Part shown: one piece after another, positions 9,965 to 20,300 of the stretch
Layout: each line of letters opens with the position of its first letter
Position numbering within the stretch: position 1 is the first letter of the stretch
Source: Longimicrobiales bacterium
Lineage (GTDB): Bacteria; Gemmatimonadota; Gemmatimonadetes; Longimicrobiales; Gaopeijiaceae
DNA length: 64,000 bases
Direction of reading: 5' to 3'
Assembly: GCA_965198065.1 (NCBI GenBank)
Contig: CBDAON010000004.1
Span: 896,001 to 960,000, forward strand
Made by a program: the position numbers and the translations under genes
The notes under the pieces: generated by a model
Databases searched by the model: none
Told to the model about the DNA's origin: nothing
Seen by the model: only the letters and a program-made list of their open reading frames with translations

Positions 9965-11075
9965 CTATACGACATAGTCGCTCCATGCCTGCATGACTTC
10001 GCGCCGGCGCGCCAGCAGGTCCGATCTCATGTACGCGCCCTCGGTGCCGCGCACGACGTGAGCCAACACGGCTTCCGCCGTCTCGCGGTCCACGCCGGTT
10101 TCGGCCATCCAGACACGAATCGACGTTCGGAAACCGTGCAGCGTCGTCCCGGTGACACCGGCCAGCTGGAGCACCCGGAAAGTGGATTTCGAGGACAGCG
10201 CGCGGCCGGCCCGCGTCAGGAAGACGAACGGCGAATCGTCGGCAAGCTCGCTGGCGCGCCGCTGGACAGCGGCACGCGATGCTCCCGGCCGGCTTTCATT
10301 CTCGCCGGCGGGATCGTCCAAACCTTCGCCGCCGTGTCGATTTCGTCCCACGTCGCGGCGCGCGCTTCGCCGGAGCGCGCCGCCGTCAAGACGATCAGCT
10401 CGACGGCGAGCCGCGCGGATTCCGGGGCGTTGGCCGACCGAATGCGCCGGAGCGCGTCCAGAACCTCACCGTGCGGGAGCGCGCGATGGTGCGTCGTGCC
10501 GTTGCCGTTGACCTTCGGGAGCGCGGCCACTGCGCGGTCCACGGGATTCGTCGAGATGTAGCCTTGTCCGACGCACCAGCGAAATGCCGCGTGGAGCCGG
10601 TTCCGGGCTTTCCGCGCGGCGGCTGGCTTCACGTTCCATACCGGCCGGAGACACGCCAGCACGTCGCCCGACGTGATCCGGTCCACCGGCTTGTCCCGGA
10701 TCGGCGTGGCGTACAGCCTGAACGTCGAGCGCCATTCCCCGAGGAGCGGCGAGCCGGCTTTCCACGATTCGGCGTGTAGCCGGATCGTCTCTTCGGCGGC
10801 TTCGCGAAACGTCGGGACGCCGCCGCCGCGCGGGTCCACACCCTGGCCGATGGCCCGCGCGTTCTCAATGGCCTTGTGCCGGGCTTCCGCCAACGAGACT
10901 TCGGGAAACCGGCCGAGCCCGGTCGTCGTCAGCCGCCCCGCGACGCGCAACCGTTGCCTCCATGTGCGCGAGAGCCGGCCGCTCTTCATCCTGTGAACGC
11001 GCAAGCTCAGGCCGCGCGAGCCGCGTCCGTCGCCGTAAACGCCGGGCTTGCTCACCGTCCGAACGAAGGCACCGC
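9965..11075 (-). pseudogene. P4-like tyrosine integrase, frameshifted, start missing
   Basis: Arm-binding N-terminus (PGVYGDG..GLSLRV..GLGRFPEVSLAEAR), TAARSGE and MKAGREHRVPLS; HGFRTS, LAH and AYMRSDL lie in a second frame after ~10255. Confidence 0.9.
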
Positions 11076-11188
11076 CGACACCGAGCTCCAGGTCGAGCAG
11101 GTCGTGCTCCGCATCCACCCGGCACCGGAGGCGCCGCACGGCGCGACCGCCGATAATATACTTAAGACTATTTAACCAACTCTGATAC

Positions 11189-11220
11189 CCTTATTACACC
11201 CCTCTTTCTGAACGGGAATC
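11189..11220 (-). repeat. Dispersed 32-bp motif, copy 2
   Basis: Revcomp GATTCCCGTTCAGAAAGAGGGGTGTAATAAGG, followed by an AT-rich tract. Lies between alpA and the integrase. Confidence 0.7.
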
Positions 11221-11339
11221 CAGGGGACCGTAGCGGAGGTTCGCGGAGGAGGCGAAGGAGCGAACCTTGCGGGAGGGCGGGTTGTTGATGGCCCCTGTCC
11301 TCTCGCATTGCGAACTATTCAGATAGTTATCGTCTCAGA

Positions 11340-11555
11340 TCACTCGGCACTGCTGCGGCTCGCGGCGATCTGTTCTCGGATCCACGCATCCACTTCGGAC
11401 TCGATCCAGCCGACGGCGCGCGCGCCGAGCCGGATCGGTTGGGGAAAGCTCCCGTCGGCCACCCGCACGTAGATCGTGCTCCGCGCCAGCCCGGTGCGGG
11501 CCTGCACTCGAGGTAACCTCAGGACGCGCGCGGGCGCGTCCATGCCCTGTTCCAT
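11340..11555 (-). CDS. AlpA-family regulator/excisionase
   Basis: VLRLPRVQARTGLARSTIY...GSFPQPIRLGARAVGWIESEVDAWI. Confidence 0.92.
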   Translation of the reverse strand: MEQGMDAPARVLRLPRVQARTGLARSTIYVRVADGSFPQPIRLGARAVGWIESEVDAWIREQIAASRSSAE

Positions 11556-11599
11556 TGCTCTTCCGGGGCGCGTTGCCCCGGGAGGGAACAGGGGCCACA

Positions 11600-11793
11600 T
11601 GGGCCCGGCTGCAGGCTTCGATGAACACGGGGACCTGGCAGGCCATCGCCAGCCTCGGGGAGCGGCCAGGACGGAGCTGACGCACCAGGATCGGATCGCC
11701 CACCGCTTGCCGACCGGGCGTGGATGTTCTCATGCCCGTGCGCTCGACGGACGCAGCCACTCGCGATTGGAACTGCTTCGTCAGCATCCCCAT
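11600..11793 (-). pseudogene. Degenerate small phage-type DNA-binding protein
   Basis: MLTKQFQSRVAASVERTGMRTSTPGRQAVGDPILVRQLRPGRSPRL looks like an HTH-type protein; sits directly upstream of alpA. Confidence 0.4.
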
Positions 11794-12000
11794 GGCGGTT
11801 ACGGTCGAGACGCGGCCCACGAGGACCCGCTCATCCACGGCCGAGGCTGGCCGGGCACGGCCAGATCTCGCCTCGGAGGGAGCTTTCAAGTGAGTCGAAC
11901 GTTGGCCGGCGACTTGCGGGGACGGTCACCCTGGATCTTGATCTCGCCGCATCGAGCGGGCGCGGCCCCACGCCTCGAAGGCGGGCGCCGCGCCCGGCGC

Positions 12001-12423
12001 TCAGCGGGAGATCGCGGTCCCGTACGCGGTCAGGTCCCTGAGCGCGAAGTCCTCGCCCGCCACCTGGAGCAGCCTCACGCGGTACCGGGCCTCGTCGCCC
12101 CGGTGGGGCACCCAGACCCGCACTACGGGCGCGTCCGGCAGCGCTCCGGCGATGATGACCTCGCGTCGCGTCGAGGACGATTCTTCCGTCTCGAACATCT
12201 CCAGACCCGGCGCCTGCAGCGAGTCGATGGCCGGACCCTCGATCACCAGCATGGCTCCGATGTCGCGAGCCTGCGGCGGGGCCGTCAACCGGACGTGCAG
12301 AGGGCCGGGATCCACGACCGCCGCGTTGGCTCCGTCATACCGGGGTGCGTCATTCCGCGGGTCGACAATGCCGTCCCCGCAGCCCCATACCGAGATTACC
12401 ACGGCCAGCAACGCCGTCCGCAA
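12001..12423 (-). CDS. Putative lipoprotein with a single beta-rich domain
   Basis: MRTALLAVVISVWGC lipobox-like signal, then ~110 aa of beta-strand-patterned sequence. Overlaps the end of the upstream surface-protein ORF. Confidence 0.65.
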   Translation of the reverse strand: MRTALLAVVISVWGCGDGIVDPRNDAPRYDGANAAVVDPGPLHVRLTAPPQARDIGAMLVIEGPAIDSLQAPGLEMFETEESSSTRREVIIAGALPDAPVVRVWVPHRGDEARYRVRLLQVAGEDFALRDLTAYGTAISR

Positions 12424-15068
12424 CCACCCGGACCGCCGGGTCGCGGAACCGGTGGCGGGTGGGTCGGGAACCGTTCGGCGGTGGCGGGCAGGACCGCGCG
12501 CGCCCTTTCGCCGCCGGCCGGCCCGGATGCCTCGCCCCCGCGGCAGCGGGCGGCCCAGGCGAGCATGTCGCCGAGGTCATACCCTCCGTTCCCGTTGCCG
12601 AGACTGTCCAGGGCGGCAAGTCGGTCATCGCTCACATCGCCGTCCTCCCACAACGCCGCGACCATTGATGTCCGGGTCATCTCCTCTCCAATGCCCAGAG
12701 CGGAGCAGAGGCGCGCGGCCCGGCCTGGCCAGCCGGGGGCGGCCGCCGCGGAGCTCGCCGCCGGACCCTTGACCGTCGCCGACGGGCTGTTGGTCAACTG
12801 CCGCCGGTTCTCCCCCTTGGTGCAGATCGCACCGGACGTCGCGCACTCGCGCCCCACCGCCAGCGTGATCGTCACGTCCCCGTCCGAGTCCGGCCTCACC
12901 GTCATCTCGAACAGGTCGCGCCGGCCGTCCACGCGCGAGCCGCCCGTGACCCGCCCGCCGGTCACCGTGAACGCATCCTCGCGCAGCGCCCGGAAACTGA
13001 TCCCGATGTCCTCGCTGAACGCCACCCGGAAGTGGAACCCGCCCTCGCCACGGTGTTTGGCCGGCATGCCCTCGAACGACGCCGTCAGCTCCGGCGGTCC
13101 CGAGCCGCCCGCCGGACCCGCCACCGTCGCCGACAGGCTGTTGGTCAACTGCCGCCGGTTCTCCCCCTTCGTGCAGATCGCACCCGAGACCCCGCACTCG
13201 CGCCCCGCCGGCAGCTCGATCGAAACGGCGCCGTCGCCGTCGGGCGCCACCGTCATCTCGAACAGGTTGCGGCGGTCGTCCACGCGCGCCCCCCGTGTCA
13301 CCCGCCCGCCGGTCACCGCCAGCGCGTCCTCGCGCAGCGCCCGGTAGCTGATCCCGATGTCCTCACTGAACGCCATACGGAACGTGAACGCGCTCCCGTC
13401 GTGCGCCGCCGGCACGTCCTCGAACGTCGCCGTCAGCGGCTGGATCTCGCTGTTGTGGATCGTGCCCGTGGCCTCGCCTTCGCCGGACCTGAGCTTCGCG
13501 CCGTCCGGGTTCGACAGCGTCAGCGTGAACGTCTCGCCGTCGTCCTCGTGGGCGTCGTCGGTGATCGGCACCGACACCGTCCGTTCCGTCTCCAGCGGAT
13601 TGAACGTCAGCGTGCCGCGCGTCTCCGTGTAGTCGGAGCCCGCCCTCGCCGCTTTGCTCCCCGTGCCGTCGGCCGTCGCGTAGTCGACCGTCACGATGCC
13701 CAGGCCGTGCGGCTCCAGGCGCACCGTGAACTCCATCTCGCCGTCGGCCTCGTGCGCCTCGGCATCCTCCACCGACAGGTACGGCCCCGCCGCCCGTGAC
13801 CCGTCCACCTTGTGGCCGCGCTGCGTGCCCTTCCCCTTGTAGGAAAGGTGCGCCTCCTGGTCCGCGGCGTTGCGGATGCGGTCGCCGGACACCACCTCGA
13901 TCGGGTTGCCGCGGATCGCGATGCCGTTGCGGTCGATGTCGACCTCCAGCACCAGGTACGCGAACACCAGCGTGTTCGTGCCGCTCCCCGACTCGTAGTC
14001 GGCCTCGCACACCGCCAGGCAGGGATTGCCCACCTCGAGCGCGAACGTCGGCTCGCCCTCGACCACCACCGGCTGGTCGAAGCGCACCTCGATGCGGATG
14101 TTCTCGCCCTCGCCGTAGGTGTCCCTGGTCGTGGTGCCCTTCGAACTCAGCCGCGGCGTCGAGACCACCTCGATCCGTTCGATCATCGGCACGTCCGCCG
14201 TCCCGTCAACCTTGTGGCCGGACTGCGTACCGAGCGCGGCATGGTCCAACTCCGTGGCCCCGCCGCCCTCGCTTGTAATCCGTGCCCCGGAGGCGAGCCG
14301 CAACGCATTGGCGCCGATGCGCACGCCGTCCTCGTCGCGGTCGAACAGCTGCACCTTGTATTCGAAATGCATATGCCGGGCGACCTGGGCCTGCGGGGTA
14401 TCGGCGGTCGGGCGCTGGCTCTGCGAGAGGCCCGAGAACACGGCCTCCACCGTGTTCCCGGAGGCCCCGCCGGGATTGTCGAGACCGACCTCCAGCCTCA
14501 GTCGCCCCGGTGTGACCCGCACCGGTTCGTTGAACGTCACCGTGAACAGGATCGTCTCGTATGAGCGGTACGTGTCCCCCGACTGTGGCGCGGACGCGAC
14601 CACCACGGAGGTGACTCTGGGGGGAGCGCAGACGGCCCCCCGGAAAGTGATCGTCGCCAGCCACGTGTGCAGTTGAGATCCCGGCGGCACTCACAGACCT
14701 GTGTTGCGAATGTCGAACACATCGAGCTGGGTCAGTTTCTCTAATTCGGGAGGGATCGCCCCGCTCAACTCGTTGCTGAAGAGATCCAGGTTCAGGAGGT
14801 TGCCCAGATTCCCGAGCTCGGATGGGATCTCCCCCGTCAACTGGTTGCCGCCAAGCCTCACTTCGCTAACTCGGCCGTTGCTGTCGGTAATAACCCCGTG
14901 CCACTCCCCCAGCGGCTCTATGCTCACCCAGTTGTCGCTGTAGGTCCAATTCGCACCGTCCGTCGCGCCGTAGAGCACCACCAGGGCAGCGAAGTCCGAC
15001 TCCACCGTTCCTTGCGCGTGAGCGTTTTCCACTACGAGCAGGCCGGTTGCCAGCAGAGCAACGGAACC
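12396..15068 (-). pseudogene. Multidomain surface protein (LRR, 2 Ig-like repeats, Calx-beta, 2 further repeats, C-terminal DxxGNGNGxYDLGD motif) with in-frame TGA
   Basis: Plant-type LRRs (LGGNQLTGEIPSELGNL). In-frame TGA at 14691-14693 joins two ORFs. Calx-beta (VTVDYATADGT..AGSDY..GTLTF). Tandem ~110-aa repeats at ~13440-13110 and ~13090-12765. Confidence 0.8.
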
Positions 15069-15755
15069 TGACAACAGCGATGAGACACCCGGAGTCATAA
15101 TTTAGTGAGCAGGCTGCGGTGTCGGAGCCGCAGCTGGTGGATTGATCCAGACCTCCGTCGGGAGAGGCTGGGGCGTGGGGATCCCCTGCACGAAGCGTTC
15201 AGGGTGTTCTGACCACGCCTGCTGGAGAGTGCGCTCACGCTGGGCGAGCACGTCACGGGCTCGGTCGTGATGGACATCAGCCGGGGTGAGCATCGCGATC
15301 CCGCCGTGGCGATGCTCATGGTTGTACCAAGGGAAGAAGGATCGGCAGAAGTCGATCGCCGCGCCGATGTCGGCGAAGCGTCCGGGGAAGTTGGGGTGGT
15401 ACTTGACGGTCTTGAAGTGCGCCTCCGAGAAGGGGTTGTCGTCGCTGACCCGGGGACGGCCGAGCGAGCGGGTGATCCCGAGGTCGGCGAGCAGCTGGGC
15501 CGTGCACTTGCTGGTCATCGGGGCCCCGCGGTCGGAGTGCAGGGTCAGCGTCTCGGGCTGGACATCCTGCTTGAGGCAGCTCTCCTGGATGAGCCGGCCG
15601 GCGAGCGCGGAGTTCTCGCGGTCGCCGACCATCCATCCGACCACGTACCGGCTGAAGATGTCGATGAGGACGTAGAGGTAGAAGTACGACCACTTCTCGG
15701 GTCCGAGAAGCCGGGTGATGTTCCACGACCAGGTCTGGTTCGGTGCCGTGGCCAC
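15069..15755 (-). mobile_element. IS3-family transposase 3' fragment with probable right end (different isoform)
   Basis: PNQTWSWNIT..YLYVLIDIFSRYVVGW..HSDRG..DNPFSEAHFKT. Probable IR ending ...GTGTCTCATCGCTGTTGTCA at 15069. Confidence 0.85.
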
Positions 15756-15820
15756 GAGCGGTAGTTTTATGGGGCACTATTCTGGGGCAGACTACCGTAT
15801 CCCTCAACCGGTGCCCCAAC

Positions 15821-16289
15821 ATGCCGCTGACCGATACCGCCATCCGAAAGGCCAAGCCCACCGAGAAGCCGCGCAAGCTCTACGACAGCCGCGGCCTGTA
15901 CCTCGAGATCGCCCCGCGCGGCACCAAGGCCTGGCGCTTCAAGTACCGCTTCGCCGACAAGGAGAAGCGGATCTCCATGGGCATCTATCCCGAGGTCTCG
16001 CTGAAGCTCGCGCGGGAGCGGAGGGACGAGGCCCGCAAGCTTCTGGCCCGGGAGATCGACCCGAGCGCCTACCGGAAGGCACGCAAGCAGTCGAAGCGGC
16101 AGTGGGCCAGCAACAGCTTCGAGGCCGTGGCCACGGAATGGCTCGCGAAGCATTCGCCCAATTGGTCCGCCCGCTACGTCTGGCGGATCGAATGCGATCT
16201 GGGAAAGGATGTGTTCCCGTGGATCGGAGCGAATCCGGTCGCGGAACTCACGGCGCCGGAGCTGCTGGCCGCGCTGCGCCGCATCGAGG
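15821..16289 (+). pseudogene. P4-like integrase N-terminal half, truncated by IS
   Basis: MPLTDTAIRKAKP..KLYDSRGLYLEI..GTKAWRFKYRF..MGIYPEVSLKLAR. Short TGGGGCA direct repeats upstream. Confidence 0.92.
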
Positions 16290-16698
16290 TGACCTGCCCC
16301 CAAAAGCGGTACCACCTAGAGTGTTAGTCCAAGCACCTCCTTTTGGCTGGGGGGTGGTCCAAGAAGCAGAGGTAGGTTGAGCAGCTTTGGGTCTGGCCGG
16401 ATCGCTTCGGGGGCCGGGGGTCGATAACCCAGAGAGCTGTGCGGTCGATGCGTGTTGTATTCGCGCCGCCACTGCTCGATCAGCACCTTCGCCTCCTCCA
16501 GCGAATAGAAGATTTCGCGCTTTAGCAGCTCGTTTCGGAGCGTGCCGTTAAAGCTCTCATTGTAGCCGTTCTCCCACGGGCTGCCCGGCTCGATGAACAG
16601 CGTCTTCACGCCTAGCTCACCGAGCCACTGCCGAACCACTCGGGCCGTGAACTCCGGACCGTTGTCGGAGCGAAGATTCGCCGGTGGACCGTGCTCGG
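16290..16698 (-). mobile_element. IS3-family element, third copy: 3' orfB and right end, inverted
   Basis: Revcomp of ~3270-3659, including the IR TGACCTGCCCCCAAAAGCGG. Retains the 19 bp missing from copy 1. Confidence 0.93.
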
Positions 16699-16769
16699 AC
16701 CACTCCTCCAAGTACCGGAGCCCGGTCCAGCCGGAAACACTGTTGTCGACGATGAAGAGCCCGCGGCCC

Positions 16770-16826
16770 TTGCGCAGGCGCGTCCTGATGGACGATTGGG
16801 CTGCGTATCTGGCGGGCGAGCGCTGA
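16770..16826 (+). pseudogene. Tyrosine integrase extreme C-terminal remnant
   Basis: RRRVLMDDWAAYLAGER* resembles the RRRRLMSDWAAHFAGER remnant at 23433. Confidence 0.6.
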
Positions 16827-16979
16827 CAGCCCCCGACCGCTGCTTCAAGCGGGGCTCCGGGCGCAGCTTCGAGCGCGTCCGCTCGCGGGGCTCGGTGCGC
16901 CTTTCGTGGTGAGAGTCAGCCTCCCCTTTGGGGCTTATTGTCATACAAATATTTGAAGTCAGCACACCAGTTACGATCC

Positions 16980-17011
16980 CCTCTTCATATCCCCTTTTTC
17001 GTACGGGAATC
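16980..17011 (-). repeat. Dispersed 32-bp motif, copy 3
   Basis: Revcomp GATTCCCGTACGAAAAAGGGGATATGAAGAGG, followed by an AT-rich tract. Confidence 0.55.
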
Positions 17012-17333
17012 CGTTCGACCCCAGTGGACCTTCCCGGAGTAACCGTTCGGCCGAGCCGTGATGGCCTGGAACGGAAGGAGGTTGGAAGTGGCTGCCATCA
17101 AAGGAGTCCGGTCGCCCGTGCACGCCGAGCCTCACCCGTCGGCAAGTGATTCCACGGCTCGCCCGAACGGTTACTTCCCGGATTCGCGGATGGTCCGTGG
17201 ATGAGTCCGGCCGATTAACCCAGGCCCCCGGACCAAGCGGCCGAGGAGTCCGTAGATCCGTAGCGGATCATCACCGATTCTGGAACGCGCCGATAGGCAG
17301 AGTTGGCGCAGGAGAACCCGATGTAGCGAGCCG

Positions 17334-20300
17334 CTACTGCGGCTTCCCGTCGTCCAGAATGTCATCCACATTGCGATTCCTCGCGCCAGGCACATCGGGA
17401 AAACGAAGCCTCCGTTGCGCTGTGAGGCGCTTAAGACCAAAAGAATCGAGCACCGCCCGAACATGGTCACCGGAGCCAGATTCGAACCCCTCATCTTGCG
17501 ACAGCTTGCGTGCCATGAGCTGAAGCTCGCTCGGCGGAATCTCCTCGAAGGTGCGGGGGCCACGCTCGCGAAGCACGGTTGCAGGCGTACCCTTGATGCG
17601 CACGATCGAGTTGACTAGGCCCCCGGTGCCGAACTCGTCCTCCTTGGCAACTCGACCTTGTCGAATGGCGTGCTGGAGCGCCCCGTTCAAGGCACGCTTG
17701 AGTGGGCGACCCATTCGGGCGATGCCAATGCCGCGCAGATAGAGGTTGTAGGCTCGCTTGCCTAGCATCGGACCCTCTGTATCGATGATGCGGCAAAGCC
17801 CCTCGGCAACCTGGGCGGGTGTGGAGTGCCGCGGGTCAGGGCCAGCTGGTCCTTCGAATGCGACGTAGGGTGCGACTCTATTGGGGACGGGCGTGACTGG
17901 GTCATGGTTTGTAGGAAGCGGTCGATTCTCGGGATAGGAGGTCGGTTCTGGTTCTTCCTGGGGCTCGACTACAAGCTCGCGGGCATCCGGCTTCGGGTCA
18001 GAGCCATGCGTGGGCGTTGGCGAGGCCTCGTCGAAGGGACGCGGAACCGTAGGCACCACCTCGACCAACTCTGGGGACGCCGGCTGACCATCCGAGGGCT
18101 CATCGAGATCGGCTTCCGTTCGCCTCTGCGAGCCTCTCGACTTCGGTGGCGGCGGCGCTGCGGCTGAGTCGTCGATGCCGCCCGGCCGGATGCCGAGGCG
18201 ATCGAGCTCTGCCCACACGGGCTCCATGGCCTTTTCGCAATCCCGGTAGAAGTCGCTACCCTGAATTCGGGCGAAGTGCCAGCCCGCCCGCTCGAGATCG
18301 CGTTGACGCGCCATATCCTGCTCGTAGCGATCAGGGCCGTGCCACTTGTCACCATCGCACTCTACCGCCAGTCGCCCTTGCATGCCCTCGACGACCAAGT
18401 CGATCCGGTAGCGGTGATTTACCGGGTCGCCCACGCACACCTGAGTTCTCACGTGAAATCCGCGTTCGGTGATGCGCTGGTAGACATCTCGTTCGAACTT
18501 TGACTCGAACCGCTGCTCATCCGGATCGGTCGGCTTCCGCCCTGGGTTGAGCATGTAGCTGAGGAGGGCATGACGCATGCATTTGTCGCTGAGCAAATCG
18601 AGCTCGGCCGTATGGAAGAGCCAGAGCTGGTCTTCGGCGCGGCTGACCGCAACGTTGAAACGCTGCCGGGCGGCCTCGTTTGCGAGCACACCGATCCGGT
18701 GCTCTCCTGGGGCCGCGACCAGGCTCAGGAAGATCACGTTGCGCTCGTCGCCCTGGAACGCATAGGCATCGCCGCAAATGAGCCGCCGCTCCACAATCAC
18801 CTCGGGATCGAGCGCCTGGAGAAGCTTGTTCTCGATCAGCTTTGCCTGCGCCTCGCCTTGGAGACTTATCACGCCCATGGTCCTGCCGACGTAACGCGGG
18901 TCGTCTATACAAGCGCAGATCTGCTCGACGATCGCCTCCGCTTCCGGCGGGTTCTGTGCGTTCTGTGCGGAGTTGGTGCTTCCCCTGCGGTATCCGTCAG
19001 GCACGTGCCGACGTACAAGTGGTTGAAGCCGATTGGCGGTGTAGGCACGCAGCGGATCGAGGGGCACACCGTTGCTGGCGTAACAAAGGTCATTCGAGAA
19101 CTGGATGATCTCGGGCATGCACCGAAAGTGCTCGCGTAGCACGATGTTCTGATTAAACCGGATTTTCGCGTTAGCGTAGACGCTACTCTGCGGGTAGAGC
19201 GCGACCTTGTGCGGGACACCTTCCAGAAAGTGCTGTTGCAGGGCAGCGACATCGGCATCGGGAATACCTACGCCCGCAGGGTTGATCTGCTGATCATCAC
19301 CGACGACGATGATCTTCTTGGAGATATAGAAGAGAAACAGGCTCTCGATGCCCAGTTGGCTGGCTTCATCGACGATAACAAGGTCGTAGAGACCCGGCGA
19401 AGGGTCGATCATTTCGGCCACAAGATACCGCGGCATGATCCAAATCGGGATCGCCTTACGGCATTCATCCATGTAGTTGCGCGCCTCCCGCCTCAGACGT
19501 GCTATTTTTGCGGATTTCCCTGTGCCCTTGCCCATCGCGCGCACCGCCTCGCGCCAGCCTTTGAGCGCATTGCGTTCGCGCGGGGAGAGACGCTTGAAGA
19601 AGTCCTTCCAAGCCCGGAGGGAAGCGGCTTCTGCGACGAGTCCGCTCTTCCTAACCTCTGCCTCGTGACGCCTTCGCCAGAGTTCCTGCTGGTAGTCGAA
19701 GTCGGACCGCTTCTTGAGCCACCCGTCAGCCCACGCCCAGCGCCAGGCGTCCTCCCAATGGGAGAGCCGATCATCCCAGACCGGCTCGTTGAGGCTCGAC
19801 TCGATTTCCTCCGCCAAGCTAGGTGCAGCCAACCTGATCGCGGCCTCGATTCGCGCGCGTTCCGACTGGGCCTCCCGCGTCCGTTCGATCACAACTACAT
19901 GCTCGTGACATTGGCTGTAGGCTGTCACGTCTCGCGCGGCAATCGCGTCGAGAAGCTCGTCTACGACAGCGTGGACGTCATGCAGCCCGCGAAGTCGCGC
20001 TAGGGGCTGGCCGCATGCTACGACTTGCCGTTCCGCCTCGTCCAGCTCCTCGTCGATGCCCGCGCCGACGATGAGATCGACCCACCGCTGCGCTTCTCTA
20101 TCGAGCCAGTTGGGCGTCGGGACCGGGGGGGACTTGCGGGACATGTTCTGGGCAGCTTGGGTACAGGCGTCGCCGTATTCGAGTGCGTCCTCAAGGGCTG
20201 ACACGTGCGGTTTCAGATCGGGGAGGCAGAATCGCCGGTCGGCCGAGATTTCAGTGACTCCTACGTCCTTCCAGAGGCTCACAAGATCTGCAAGCGCGAA

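Noticed and set aside
11476..13347. Long antisense or overlapping ORFs (e.g. 11476-13347, 35173-37230, 44014-46395, 53355-55097, 61325-62965)
   Set aside because: Arg/Pro/Gly-rich shadow frames of real genes, expected in high-GC DNA.
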